A stretch of DNA of 64,000 bases. It comes from a virus. The stretch is from positions 3,304-67,303 of the IMG/VR virus record IMGVR_UViG_3300021168_000494, one strand, 5' to 3'. The position numbers were made by a program, and so were the translations under genes. Below, in pieces: positions 53,049-62,040 of the stretch; the stretch's first letter is position 1; the number at the start of each line of letters is the position of its first letter. The notes under the pieces were generated by a model. The model saw only the letters and a list, made by a program, of their open reading frames with translations, made no database searches and was not told where the DNA came from.

Positions 53049-53773
53049 TGAAGTTCGGAAAACTCCCGGCCAAGCGAAGTCTAAAGATGGCTTCGCTCTC
53101 CAATCACATGAACATGAAGACCGTATCCTACCCGAGGGTACGGGCGTGGGAGAGACCCATTGCCCTCGGGATGCTGGCAAACGATATCGTAGGGGATTGC
53201 ACGGTTGCTGCGATGTATCACCTGCGAATGACCCAACGCTCGGTTGCTCAGGCCGGCACGCCCTTGATCGTCACCGATGCCGAAGCGATAGCGGACTATT
53301 CAGCCATCACGGGTTACGTCGAAGGGGACGAATCAACCGACAACGGCGCTGCGTGCATGGATGTTCTCAACTGGTACAAGAAGGGTGGTGTCCTCCTTGG
53401 CGCATCCACGGTGGACATTCAGAACGTGGAGATGGTGAAAGCGGCAATCAACACGTTCGGCTGCCTTTACACAGGGTTTACCGTACCGCAGTCGATGGTG
53501 GATCAACTCCAAAGTGGAACCGACCCCGATTGGAGTTTCAGTTCGGGCGACAAGCCAACCAATAACGGCCACTGCGTAAACCTCGTGGGCTACGGCGCGG
53601 ATGGTGTTGCACTCGATTCCTGGGGCAAGGTCTACCGCACGAGTTGGGAATTCTGGCAACAGTGGTTCACTGAAGCCTACGCAGTCGTGGTGCCAGATTG
53701 GGTGAAGGCGAACGGTGAATCTCCAACTGGGCTTGACATGCCCGGGTTACTCGCAGCGTTGCCACAAAGCTGA
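53048..53773 (+). CDS. Papain-like cysteine peptidase
   Basis: 'ND.VGDCTVA', 'GHCV..VGY', 'SWG'. Confidence 0.78.
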   Translation: MKFGKLPAKRSLKMASLSNHMNMKTVSYPRVRAWERPIALGMLANDIVGDCTVAAMYHLRMTQRSVAQAGTPLIVTDAEAIADYSAITGYVEGDESTDNGAACMDVLNWYKKGGVLLGASTVDIQNVEMVKAAINTFGCLYTGFTVPQSMVDQLQSGTDPDWSFSSGDKPTNNGHCVNLVGYGADGVALDSWGKVYRTSWEFWQQWFTEAYAVVVPDWVKANGESPTGLDMPGLLAALPQS

Positions 53774-53845
53774 CCACCGGCGCAGCGTTCCCGATTGAAC
53801 AGACGAACCTCGGCTCCTCTGACTATCATTGGAGTCGAGGTTTTT

Positions 53846-54040
53846 ATGTCTATAATCACTCTCATCATAATTCTCGTGGTGATCGGCGTGATCCTGTGGC
53901 TGGTGAACACCTACATCCCGATGGACGCCAAGATCAAAAACATCCTAAACGTCGTGGTTGTGATTTGCGTCGTGCTTTGGCTGCTCAAGGTGTTCGGTGT
54001 TTTCAATATGAATCTAGGGACTGTTCCGCGCGTTAGGTAA
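53846..54040 (+). CDS. Thivi_2564-like two-TM membrane protein
   Basis: 'LI..L.V.GV.LWL.N.YIPM...IK.ILN.VVVI.V.LWLL..FG'. Confidence 0.8.
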   Translation: MSIITLIIILVVIGVILWLVNTYIPMDAKIKNILNVVVVICVVLWLLKVFGVFNMNLGTVPRVR

Positions 54041-54329
54041 GCGACCACACGATCGACTTCCTACCGCTCGGGCCTTCTCTGCGGAGACCGGAGTCTTTCA
54101 CGAGGCCCTTCTTCGCGAGAGGGGCCATTCGCGGTGATATCGACACAAGGGCGATCCCGGTGGCCTGAGAGATCTCGTGAGTTGTCCGCGGAGTCCGCAG
54201 GATATCGACCACGACAGCCTCGAGTTCCGTAGCGTTGACGGATTTAGCGGCCGCCTTCGCTGTCGGGGGATCCTTCCTGCGCGACCGTCCCGGCTTCGGG
54301 GTCTCCTGAAACAGGTTCTGCTGGACCAT
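54033..54329 (-). CDS. Winged-helix DNA-binding protein
   Basis: 'R..DP.TA..AA', 'T..EI....G....SISPR...L...GLV.DSG.RR'. Confidence 0.75.
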   Translation of the reverse strand: MVQQNLFQETPKPGRSRRKDPPTAKAAAKSVNATELEAVVVDILRTPRTTHEISQATGIALVSISPRMAPLAKKGLVKDSGLRREGPSGRKSIVWSLT

Positions 54330-54558
54330 TTTTCTTCTCCCGTACTTCAATGCTTTTCGGTTTGGTGGTCGCCACGATGGCGATGCTCAGGTCCGGGTGC
54401 ATCTGCATCACGTCACGCATCAGGGCCTCGGCGTGGGGCCGGCTGAAATCCTTACCGTCACAAATTATCAAATACGCGCAGTCCGGGCGCAGTTCGTATC
54501 CCTTGACGAGCGGCGAGAGTTTCTGGAAGTCGTCGATGTTGATGGGCATTTCTTTCAT
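54244..54558 (-). CDS. Hypothetical protein
   Basis: Coupled ORF. Confidence 0.55.
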   Translation of the reverse strand: MKEMPINIDDFQKLSPLVKGYELRPDCAYLIICDGKDFSRPHAEALMRDVMQMHPDLSIAIVATTKPKSIEVREKKNGPAEPVSGDPEAGTVAQEGSPDSEGGR

Positions 54559-54731
54559 CGAACGTGATGGTCTGCATTTGTTCCCACAAAAATGCGACCA
54601 TCTCTCATTTCTTTAACCTCAACAAAATCCACGACGTCTTCATGTTGCGGAGTTGCTTCGCAGCAGTTTGTGACAATCTCGGCATCGGGTGGAAGTGCTG
54701 CCAATGTTTCGATCAACTCTAGGACTTTCAT
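54555..54731 (-). CDS. Small hypothetical protein (MKV.ELI..L..LP.DAEI)
   Basis: AAGGAG SD; ATGA overlap; common phage motif. Confidence 0.6.
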   Translation of the reverse strand: MKVLELIETLAALPPDAEIVTNCCEATPQHEDVVDFVEVKEMRDGRIFVGTNADHHVR

Positions 54732-54760
54732 TTGTTATTCTCCTTCGATTTTGACTGGTT

Positions 54761-55099
54761 TCATAGAAAGGCTCGCGGCGAGAAGCTGATCAGCACGTCG
54801 GCCGCACGGATCGGGAAAACGCCATCATCTTCAAGCTGTGCGGCAGCTTGCCTCGGAGTGACGTTGAATCTCTCGACTACGAAAGCGATCAATTTGTCGG
54901 ATGGAGTGCCAACGATTTGATTCCAGTCTAGGCAATAAATTGGCTGGAAATCCTCGGGGCCGAGTTTTGCTCTGATCGGGAAAGGGCTTGCAAGGGGAAC
55001 TTCATCGGAGTCGAAGATCTTGCGCCATTGGGGATATCGCGGGGAAGAAGGATTCAGATGTGCTCTCCAGAATTGGTACGTCAGACTCGTCGTGATCAT
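54761..55099 (-). CDS. Hypothetical protein
   Basis: AAGGA SD; coupled. Confidence 0.6.
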   Translation of the reverse strand: MITTSLTYQFWRAHLNPSSPRYPQWRKIFDSDEVPLASPFPIRAKLGPEDFQPIYCLDWNQIVGTPSDKLIAFVVERFNVTPRQAAAQLEDDGVFPIRAADVLISFSPRAFL

Positions 55100-55353
55100 T
55101 TTTTCGTTCCTTTCGGTTTGCGGAATCGGTCGGCGTTAGGACAGCGACCGAAGTGACACTCGAGGCGTTGCGGGTCTTCATTCTCCGTGCCCGGGATCAC
55201 TGTGAATGGCATCTTTTTGTTCTTCCCGGTATGAGGGTCGATGTTGGGTGTTAGAAACCACAGCATGAGGGCGTTGCAACCGCGGCAGTGGGACTCGCCG
55301 TCGTATTTATAGCCGATGGATTCGAGTTCGTCGCGCGTATTGGGGAGCGGCAT
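55096..55353 (-). CDS. Zinc-binding protein (CRGC...W..T...MP...HF..CP.A)
   Basis: Conserved phage motif; GAGG SD. Confidence 0.7.
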   Translation of the reverse strand: MPLPNTRDELESIGYKYDGESHCRGCNALMLWFLTPNIDPHTGKNKKMPFTVIPGTENEDPQRLECHFGRCPNADRFRKPKGTKK

Positions 55354-55359
55354 AGAACC

Positions 55360-55512
55360 TCACAGGAAGTATTCGTAGTGCAGGTCGCTTACGAGTTTGT
55401 AAACCACGACCGGATCAAGGTGTGGTTGGCGCCGGCAGATTTCCTTCGTAAGCTGAGTGTCGATCCCGACCCAATCTGGCTCGACGTCTAGGTCCGTGAT
55501 ATTCAGCTTCAC
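55360..55512 (-). CDS. Small hypothetical protein
   Basis: GGAGG SD before GTG. Confidence 0.45.
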   Translation of the reverse strand: MKLNITDLDVEPDWVGIDTQLTKEICRRQPHLDPVVVYKLVSDLHYEYFL

Positions 55513-55555
55513 GATGGTCCTCCACCAGCGCCATCCGTCGATAGAACTGGTCCAG

Positions 55556-56338
55556 CTACTCCTCATCGTCAGCGTCGAAGAGTTCTTCCTGCGTCTCCTC
55601 GAGTTTGAGCCAGAAGTTGTTCTGCAGGTTGTGTTCCGCGAAGTTCGTAACGTCGCGGCTCAACTTCACCTGCAGCCGGAACGAGAGTCGGATCACCTGG
55701 CGAGCGGATCCCTCGCCCTTCCGTTCCACGATCGCAAGGCCGGCGTTGATCATTTTCGCGGCCGGTAGTTCGAGAGCCGCTTCCGTACTGTCATGCGAGA
55801 GGAAGAACTCCGCGTGCTGCCCGGGCAGTTCACGGAAATTCATACTCTTGCGGCCCTTCTTCGTGACGTCCTTGTACCCATCGGCGATGATCTTCGGCAC
55901 CAGGTCCAGATGTGCGTCCTCGAGCGGCACCGTGATCTGCATCGCCACGGTGATATCGCCCTTCGGAGTTTTGCCGAAGATCGGTTTCAGGTAGAAGACC
56001 TCCATGCGATCGCCGACAACTTTCGGCTTGGGAGGCTGCTCGGCTAGGAGGGAGCCCTTCTTCGCGGCCGGCTTGTCGAGTTCCTCGAGTTGGCTTTCGG
56101 CTGTTCGTGTAGGCGTATTGAAATCCGCTACAGGATCGAGCGGTCGAGGTCCGCGCGATCCGGTCTTTTTCGGTGCCCGTTTTCTGTCTGGAAGCAGACT
56201 TTTTGACGGTTGCCCCTCCCCTTCCTTCGCGCCTTCGGCCGGCGTTTCGGTCGACGTTGCCGCTGCGGCCTGTGCCGGCTTGGGTTTCGGCGTGCGCTTC
56301 GGCTTGGATACAGACTTCTTGGACTTTTTTGTCATCAC
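55556..56338 (-). CDS. Hypothetical protein with a Lys/Pro-rich N-terminus and acidic tail
   Basis: AGAGGA SD; acidic C-terminus. Confidence 0.65.
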   Translation of the reverse strand: MMTKKSKKSVSKPKRTPKPKPAQAAAATSTETPAEGAKEGEGQPSKSLLPDRKRAPKKTGSRGPRPLDPVADFNTPTRTAESQLEELDKPAAKKGSLLAEQPPKPKVVGDRMEVFYLKPIFGKTPKGDITVAMQITVPLEDAHLDLVPKIIADGYKDVTKKGRKSMNFRELPGQHAEFFLSHDSTEAALELPAAKMINAGLAIVERKGEGSARQVIRLSFRLQVKLSRDVTNFAEHNLQNNFWLKLEETQEELFDADDEE

Positions 56339-56409
56339 GTTCCTCTTTCGATTTTAGGTTTGAACTGCGGGGATACAGCGCGCTGAGTATATACTCTCGG
56401 CTCCCGGAA

Positions 56410-57111
56410 TCAACCGCTATCTGTTGCACGATGCTCGATCACGTGGAGTAATCCACATGCCAGACAGCGCGTTACGACACCGTAAATTCCAAGTTGGGCA
56501 AGCCATCGAACGGCCCCTTCGGCGACCTCCTGTTCGGCATATACCTGCAGAGGGCAAGGGGCACCAGGCTTTTTCACCCCCAGTTCCACAAGTTTTGCAC
56601 ATTCCCTTTCCGTCATCTCGCGGACAAATTTCAACTTAGCTGACTTACCCACTTTTCCACTGCGATAAAGACTTACAACAGGATCCTCCCCATCTAAAGA
56701 TTTAGAAAACACTTGTGGTGATGATGAGTGCTGTGGATTTGTAGGAAATCTGTCGAGACCGCACTTAGCCGCTATGGTTTCTAGGACTTCTGGCATTTGG
56801 TTTTGCACAGCGGCATTGGAAAATCTGATAGTTTCGATGGATAACTTCTGAAGGATCCGGGCGTCGCGGATCGCGTCCTGCCGAGCGTTGTGGCTCGGCC
56901 CGTCGACCTCTATCGCCAATTGTCGGGAAGGGCAGTAGAAGTCTACGATGTAGCCCCGTAGAACGGCCTGACGGCGAAACTTCAGCCCTCCTAGGCGGTT
57001 GTACCGCAGGTGGTCCCAAAGTAGGCTCTCGTGGGCTGTGGGGGCCTTCCGCATGCGTTTAGCGAACTGTTTGATTTCAGGCCGAACCAGCCTTCGGAGA
57101 CTCCTACCCAT
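56410..57111 (-). CDS. DUF559/Vsr-like endonuclease with a C-terminal extension
   Basis: 'MRK.PT..E..LW..LR.....G.KFRRQ.....YIVDFYC....L.IEVDG..H......D..RD'. Confidence 0.85.
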   Translation of the reverse strand: MGRSLRRLVRPEIKQFAKRMRKAPTAHESLLWDHLRYNRLGGLKFRRQAVLRGYIVDFYCPSRQLAIEVDGPSHNARQDAIRDARILQKLSIETIRFSNAAVQNQMPEVLETIAAKCGLDRFPTNPQHSSSPQVFSKSLDGEDPVVSLYRSGKVGKSAKLKFVREMTERECAKLVELGVKKPGAPCPLQVYAEQEVAEGAVRWLAQLGIYGVVTRCLACGLLHVIEHRATDSG

Positions 57112-57298
57112 CGTTCCTCCCGTTGCCGGCGCCCCTCGGATCCGGGAACAGTAGCGCGTAATCATGCGCGCGAATCGGCGTGATCCACTCCCACCACCCA
57201 TCGCCGGTCTGTCGGTCAAGGACGTGAATCCAGCGGCCCACGCGCCAGCGGATGAATCGCGCGGTCGGATCAGATAGCCTCTCGATCGTCAGTTCCAC
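57104..57298 (-). CDS. Small Trp-rich protein
   Basis: GGAGGG SD before GTG. Confidence 0.45.
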   Translation of the reverse strand: MELTIERLSDPTARFIRWRVGRWIHVLDRQTGDGWWEWITPIRAHDYALLFPDPRGAGNGRNDG

Positions 57299-57659
57299 GT
57301 CGCCCTCCGATCTCCCGGTTGTGTTTGTTGCGATGGCAGGGATGGATTGAGAACATCCCGTGTGCCCACTGGACATTCGTGCAGATCGTGCCGTCAGCCA
57401 AGCGCCGGCCAAAACAGTCGCAGCGCGCCATCGGTCGGCCGCTGCGGATGTGTTCAAGGTTCCCATCCCAGGCGGGGCAGAATTTCTTACAAAGGGCGCA
57501 AATGTACCGCGCGGCCAAGTAGACCTTCTCCCGGAGCTCACTCCGATCCGGGCCGGCCAGATAGATGTGGCCAGCGATCGAAATCCAGCTTGGAGCGTGG
57601 ATCTCGCCGGCTTTGCGCGCAGCTTTAGTTGCGGCGACGTCCTTTTGGTTTTCGATCAA
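57270..57659 (-). CDS. HNH-like zinc-binding protein
   Basis: 'R..VY....ICALC......LEH.......N....H....CH..KH'. Confidence 0.55.
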   Translation of the reverse strand: MIENQKDVAATKAARKAGEIHAPSWISIAGHIYLAGPDRSELREKVYLAARYICALCKKFCPAWDGNLEHIRSGRPMARCDCFGRRLADGTICTNVQWAHGMFSIHPCHRNKHNREIGGRRGTDDREAI

Positions 57660-57921
57660 TTTCCCCTCGTCTCTGTGCTTCGACTTTGTATTCGAGGCGC
57701 CGGCGCAGGAGATGGTGCTCTTCGCACATGCCCTCGATCAAATAATCCGTGGCCAGTTCTAGGCCGAAGGCCGACACCCAACTATCCCACAGCGTTTCAA
57801 ACGCCTCGATCGCCAGCCGATCCATTTGCAGACGCAACTCGCCGCGGATCATGTTCCGGGCCTTCCGGCGTTCGGCGAGGCCCTTGAAGAATTCCTTCTG
57901 CTCTTTGGACAATTCGTTCAT
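57625..57921 (-). CDS. Hypothetical protein
   Basis: ATGA overlap. Confidence 0.55.
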   Translation of the reverse strand: MNELSKEQKEFFKGLAERRKARNMIRGELRLQMDRLAIEAFETLWDSWVSAFGLELATDYLIEGMCEEHHLLRRRLEYKVEAQRRGEIDRKPKGRRRN

Positions 57922-58580
57922 TTTAGAATCGGGACGTGCCTCGCCAGCCGGCGTTTCAGATACCGAGGGAACTCCCACGCGCCCTGTTGCCGACAGGAGC
58001 GATGGAGGTTCTTGATCAGACGTGCGTGCTGAACCTGCAGATGTTCCTCGCCCTCGGTCCAGAGGTCGTGCCATCCGAAATCAAACTTCCGGCGCCCAGG
58101 GTAGAAGTTGAGGGCGTCGCCGTGGATCAGTTCCACGCGGTGGTTGCTGCGGAACTCGTGGCCCACCACTCGGAGGATTTGTTTGTCGATCTCGACGACC
58201 GTGATGTGATCAACCTTCTTCGAGGCGAGTAAGCCACGCACGACGCAACCGAGGCCCAAGCCGGTGATGAGTACCGATCCGTGGGCGTTCATCCAAATCG
58301 GCAGATGCTTGCGGAGTTCCGGGCGCGAATCCTCCATCACTAGGTCTCCGTGATTACTGAGATGGAGAGTTGACCACGATGTTCGCCAGAGTAGCGTGTA
58401 GGAGGGGAAACCAACCCGAGCGAAGCTGTTTGCGGCCAGCGCCTGGTGAAAGACCGACAGGTGTGCGTTCCTGCGTTGCATATCTTCGGCCCACACGCGT
58501 TCGATCATCCACAGGCCGAATACCTGTGGTCGGAGTGAAAGCGGAACGCGCGCTGCTTCTATGTAGTCGTCCGGTTTCAT
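57918..58580 (-). CDS. Class I SAM-dependent methyltransferase (spermidine-synthase-like)
   Basis: 'G.VLI.GLGLG', 'ITVVEID', 'HGDA', 'FD..WHD.W'. Confidence 0.8.
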   Translation of the reverse strand: MKPDDYIEAARVPLSLRPQVFGLWMIERVWAEDMQRRNAHLSVFHQALAANSFARVGFPSYTLLWRTSWSTLHLSNHGDLVMEDSRPELRKHLPIWMNAHGSVLITGLGLGCVVRGLLASKKVDHITVVEIDKQILRVVGHEFRSNHRVELIHGDALNFYPGRRKFDFGWHDLWTEGEEHLQVQHARLIKNLHRSCRQQGAWEFPRYLKRRLARHVPILK

Positions 58581-58882
58581 GGGAGCTCGAGTCCTGCTTT
58601 TGCGGCTGCGTGGCCGATCTTTATGCCAGCGTGGATCGCTGAACTCTGGATGGCCATTAGATTTCGCAGCGTCAAAACGTATGGGTGGTCCATCTCCGGA
58701 AGATCGTGCAGGTCAAATTTGTAGCCTGCGAGTTCGATTGCTCCGACGACGCATCCCTTCACTAGATATTCGAAGTCATGGCATGCGTGCAGGGAATCGG
58801 CGAGGTGTTCTGTCACCTCACCTGGCTCTGTCAAGATGCTTTTGATTGCCTCGTTTAGTTTCTCGATTTCCTGTGGGGTCAT
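58577..58882 (-). CDS. Hypothetical protein
   Basis: GAGGA SD; coupled. Confidence 0.55.
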   Translation of the reverse strand: MTPQEIEKLNEAIKSILTEPGEVTEHLADSLHACHDFEYLVKGCVVGAIELAGYKFDLHDLPEMDHPYVLTLRNLMAIQSSAIHAGIKIGHAAAKAGLELP

Positions 58883-60216
58883 TCATCCTCTCCCGGCTCG
58901 CGCCGGATCGGCGTGCGCCCATCTTCCTGAAAGTGCAAACTGCCCAAGCGTTTGATCCCCACGATATCCTTCCGGTTGTCGATCCAGAGTTCGGCAACGG
59001 TGGAGACGAGGTCAACCTCGTTCGGGAAAAACTTCCGCAGGGTATCCGACCAGCAGTTGTGCCAAATGCCGTTCAGCCGGATGGAGACATAGGCAACGTG
59101 CCGCTCCCGGGTCATGCCCTGAATGACCCTGTGGATCGTGCCGATCTCCAACGTCGCGTCCTTTGGGAGCCCGTGGGGAACCTTCGGCTTTGCCGGCTGT
59201 TGCGCCTTTTGGGCCGGGGAGTCCCCACGTTTGGGCGGTGTTACGTTCCTGGCGGCCGCTAGGCGCGAATCGGCCTCCTGGCCGCGTTGGAGGGCAACAT
59301 CGGGGCGTTTGGCCCCTGTGGTGCCCTTTAAAGCCTGTTGCTGTTGAAATACAGCGTCATTCTCGGCTTGCGTATGCTCGTCGGAAGGACACTGGATTCG
59401 AAGGCATCCGTGGCGCTCGCACCATTCACCCCGTTTTTTGGCATCGAGAATTTGCTGTTGGCTGGCTTTGGATGCCCCGTACCCTGTGTCTAGGATCTTC
59501 CCGGACGGCGCCACGCCATCGTGAGATATCTGTCGGCCTCCGGGCGTGAGGTCCGCGAGCCGCTGGCTCATCTCCTCTTCGCTGTAGATATCCGAGAGAT
59601 CGGGGAACACCTTGCGGAGGGCGTGGGACTCGGCGCACTTGGCCAGCATGTGCTTCGGCATCCGATTCCAGAAGTCTGCGCGGGTCTCTCTCAAATCGAC
59701 AGGGGCGAACTCTTCCCAAAAGACAGTGGCAGCGCCCACCCGCTCTCCCTTTTTGCGGAAAGCCTCGACGGTCACCGAATCCGGGATCCTGCGCCCTGCC
59801 GGCGTCTTCCCATTGTCGCCGAGCGTTGGGTCATTAAAGGTCCACTTCGGCTCACCAGTTCCACCGAAGTCTCTGCGGTGACTGCGCGCGGCCATCGAAC
59901 GGTAGCCACCGATCCCCACGATGATCACCATTTCGGCCGGCTGATTTCTCCGCGGCCATTTGATGGCGTACACCTGCTTCGTGAACGGATCGAGTTTTTT
60001 CTTTTTGCAGACCAGCATGAAGAGAGAAAACTCCTCGTCGGTGCAATCCTTCGCCACCGTCTTTTTGAGGAGGTCGATCTCTGCCGGTCGCAGCGTCCGC
60101 TCCTGGGAGGGATGCCGGATGATCGCCGTGGTGACCGTGGCCGGCGTTGGCTTGGGCCTTGGGGCCGCCTTACGCTGCTGCCGGTGGGGTCTGCGAGCCG
60201 GCGTCTTTTTTGCCAT
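58879..60216 (-). CDS. bet: RecT/Bet single-strand annealing protein with a long C-terminus
   Basis: 'C....LDPF.KQ.Y', 'GI.GYR..A', 'W..MP..ML.KCAE..ALRK.FP......Y..EEM'. Confidence 0.88.
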   Translation of the reverse strand: MAKKTPARRPHRQQRKAAPRPKPTPATVTTAIIRHPSQERTLRPAEIDLLKKTVAKDCTDEEFSLFMLVCKKKKLDPFTKQVYAIKWPRRNQPAEMVIIVGIGGYRSMAARSHRRDFGGTGEPKWTFNDPTLGDNGKTPAGRRIPDSVTVEAFRKKGERVGAATVFWEEFAPVDLRETRADFWNRMPKHMLAKCAESHALRKVFPDLSDIYSEEEMSQRLADLTPGGRQISHDGVAPSGKILDTGYGASKASQQQILDAKKRGEWCERHGCLRIQCPSDEHTQAENDAVFQQQQALKGTTGAKRPDVALQRGQEADSRLAAARNVTPPKRGDSPAQKAQQPAKPKVPHGLPKDATLEIGTIHRVIQGMTRERHVAYVSIRLNGIWHNCWSDTLRKFFPNEVDLVSTVAELWIDNRKDIVGIKRLGSLHFQEDGRTPIRREPGEDE

Positions 60217-60454
60217 CGTTCTCCTCGATTCGCGTGCATTTGTAGTTCGGTTTGATGTGGACTAGGAAATAGCTGCCCTTCGATTCGGAGGCCATCATCT
60301 CCGTCACCTTCTCTGCGGGGACGGCATGGTACCTGTAAACACGCCTTTTGTCCTCTTCTTTCCGGGCGCGGAACTCGACCTCGAGGTCCCTCGTGGCAGC
60401 GTCGTAGCCGACCGCTGCGAGGATTTTGCTGCTGATTTTGTGTCGTTGCATCAT
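60170..60454 (-). CDS. KTSC domain protein
   Basis: 'SS....VGYD.....LEVEF.....Y.Y..VP......M..ESKG.YF..HIK..Y'. Confidence 0.88.
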   Translation of the reverse strand: MMQRHKISSKILAAVGYDAATRDLEVEFRARKEEDKRRVYRYHAVPAEKVTEMMASESKGSYFLVHIKPNYKCTRIEENDGKKDAGSQTPPAAA

Positions 60455-60540
60455 TCCTCCTGATAGAATCCCGGGAGGCCAAGTCCCCTCCCAACCTCCC
60501 GGGCCTTTCCGCAGCGCTGCCCTAGATTTGCTGCGAAACC

Positions 60541-61380
60541 CTAGAATTTCTTGTCTTCTTCGACTTCGATCCCGCCGACCTCGGCGATCACTTCGGCGAT
60601 GGTGAGTTTGCGATTACGGACCACTTCACCGATGGCGACGTCGTCCGGTTTGAGGTACTTCAGCTTCACTTCCTGGGGCCGCACGACTTTGAACGTCCGG
60701 TTTGTACGTCCACCGCGCGGGACTTCGGATTCCACCGTGGTCTTCTTCGCCTCGTCGGCGGCCTTCGCTTTGTTATCCTGCTCGTCGACCTTAGCCTGAA
60801 CCTTCATCGCCTCCTCGGTGGCACCGGCCTCCTCGAGCAGTTTCTTCGATTCACGCAGCGTAATCTTCCCCGCCTTGAGATCCGCTTTGATCTCTGCGAC
60901 GCGGCGCCGGCGAAGTTCAGTCGCCGCCTCCTGATCAGCGAGCCGTTTATTCTCGGCCTCACGTTCGAGCTCGGCCTGTTTCAATTTCTGCTGGCGTTCT
61001 TCCTCAGCTTTGCGTTCGCGTTCGACCTTTTGGGAGTAATCCACCATTTTTGCGTTCAGTGCCCCGCGGATTTCCTCGGCGGCATTGGTAACTCGACGCT
61101 GGCGCTGCAGCACAAATTCTTTTGCTCGATTGAGCATCGTGCGGAAAGGATCCATCGTCTCTTCCGCAAATACAGATTCAGCCTTGATCATGGTCAGTAA
61201 CTCGTCGGCCTTTGTGAAGCTGGCTACGTCGGTCACCTTTATTTTCATGACTTCGGCTTTGAGTTTTGCGACGTTATCCTCGAGATCCTCGAGTTTTGCG
61301 AGCGCCAGATTGAATGGCTTCGCCTGGATGATCTCCACGGTCGAGCCGTCCTTCACTTTGATAATTTCTCCGTTTGCCAC
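60541..61380 (-). CDS. Coiled-coil phage protein beside the recombinase
   Basis: Long E/K/A/R heptads; C-terminal 'YL.PD...I...........GI.V'. Confidence 0.7.
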   Translation of the reverse strand: MANGEIIKVKDGSTVEIIQAKPFNLALAKLEDLEDNVAKLKAEVMKIKVTDVASFTKADELLTMIKAESVFAEETMDPFRTMLNRAKEFVLQRQRRVTNAAEEIRGALNAKMVDYSQKVERERKAEEERQQKLKQAELEREAENKRLADQEAATELRRRRVAEIKADLKAGKITLRESKKLLEEAGATEEAMKVQAKVDEQDNKAKAADEAKKTTVESEVPRGGRTNRTFKVVRPQEVKLKYLKPDDVAIGEVVRNRKLTIAEVIAEVGGIEVEEDKKF

Positions 61381-61389
61381 GACTTCCTC

Positions 61390-61497
61390 CTAGATTTTGA
61401 ACCACCACAGCATTAACTTGATCAATAGAAATGCGATCACCGGCCCCATGACCATCGCTGCCAAAACCTGTCTACCGCGCACGTTGAATTCACGCAT
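61390..61497 (-). CDS. Small membrane peptide
   Basis: Hydrophobic helix; overlaps the upstream stop. Confidence 0.4.
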   Translation of the reverse strand: MREFNVRGRQVLAAMVMGPVIAFLLIKLMLWWFKI

Positions 61498-61684
61498 GCG
61501 CGGCCAACCGGCGTTGCTCCTGCGCGTGCCTCTTCCTGCGGACTCGGTCGATCTCAAATACCACCGACGCGCAAATGATGTCGTACCGGCAGCGTTCGAA
61601 GACCTGGTCGGTGATGTGTCCTTCGCGCCAGTCACTTCTGATTTGCTTCAATGCTCTGATTAGCGTTCCCATGTTTACTGCCAT
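61490..61684 (-). CDS. Hypothetical protein
   Basis: AAGGA SD. Confidence 0.5.
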   Translation of the reverse strand: MAVNMGTLIRALKQIRSDWREGHITDQVFERCRYDIICASVVFEIDRVRRKRHAQEQRRLAAHA

Positions 61685-62037
61685 CCTTTCTCTTTTTTGG
61701 TTTCGGCCCAATGGCATGATCTGCAAAGCCAGACAATTTTGAGAGGCTTTCTATAATTAGGATGGTGTGCTTGAGGAGTGCACCGTTTGCCGCACTTTGA
61801 GCATCGTTTCGGTCTAACAATCGTGCCTTTCCGACGTGCTCTCCACACCATAATCCATGCTCGACGTTTGTAAAGCGGTTGTTTCGCGCGCCACGCATTT
61901 TTCCTTTTGGTGATCTGGTTCTTATGCGTTTCGCGGTAGCGTTTGCACCGTCGCAAATGTGCTCTTAGATTCTTGGGGATAGAACGCCACCGTTTCATAT
62001 AGGCAGTCCATTTGCGTTTCTGTTCAGGTGTTCGCAT
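61675..62037 (-). CDS. HNH-like basic protein
   Basis: 'P..CS.CG......AHH.NY.KPL.I.WLC..CH'. Confidence 0.75.
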   Translation of the reverse strand: MRTPEQKRKWTAYMKRWRSIPKNLRAHLRRCKRYRETHKNQITKRKNAWRAKQPLYKRRAWIMVWRARRKGTIVRPKRCSKCGKRCTPQAHHPNYRKPLKIVWLCRSCHWAETKKEKGWQ

Positions 62038-62040
62038 AGG

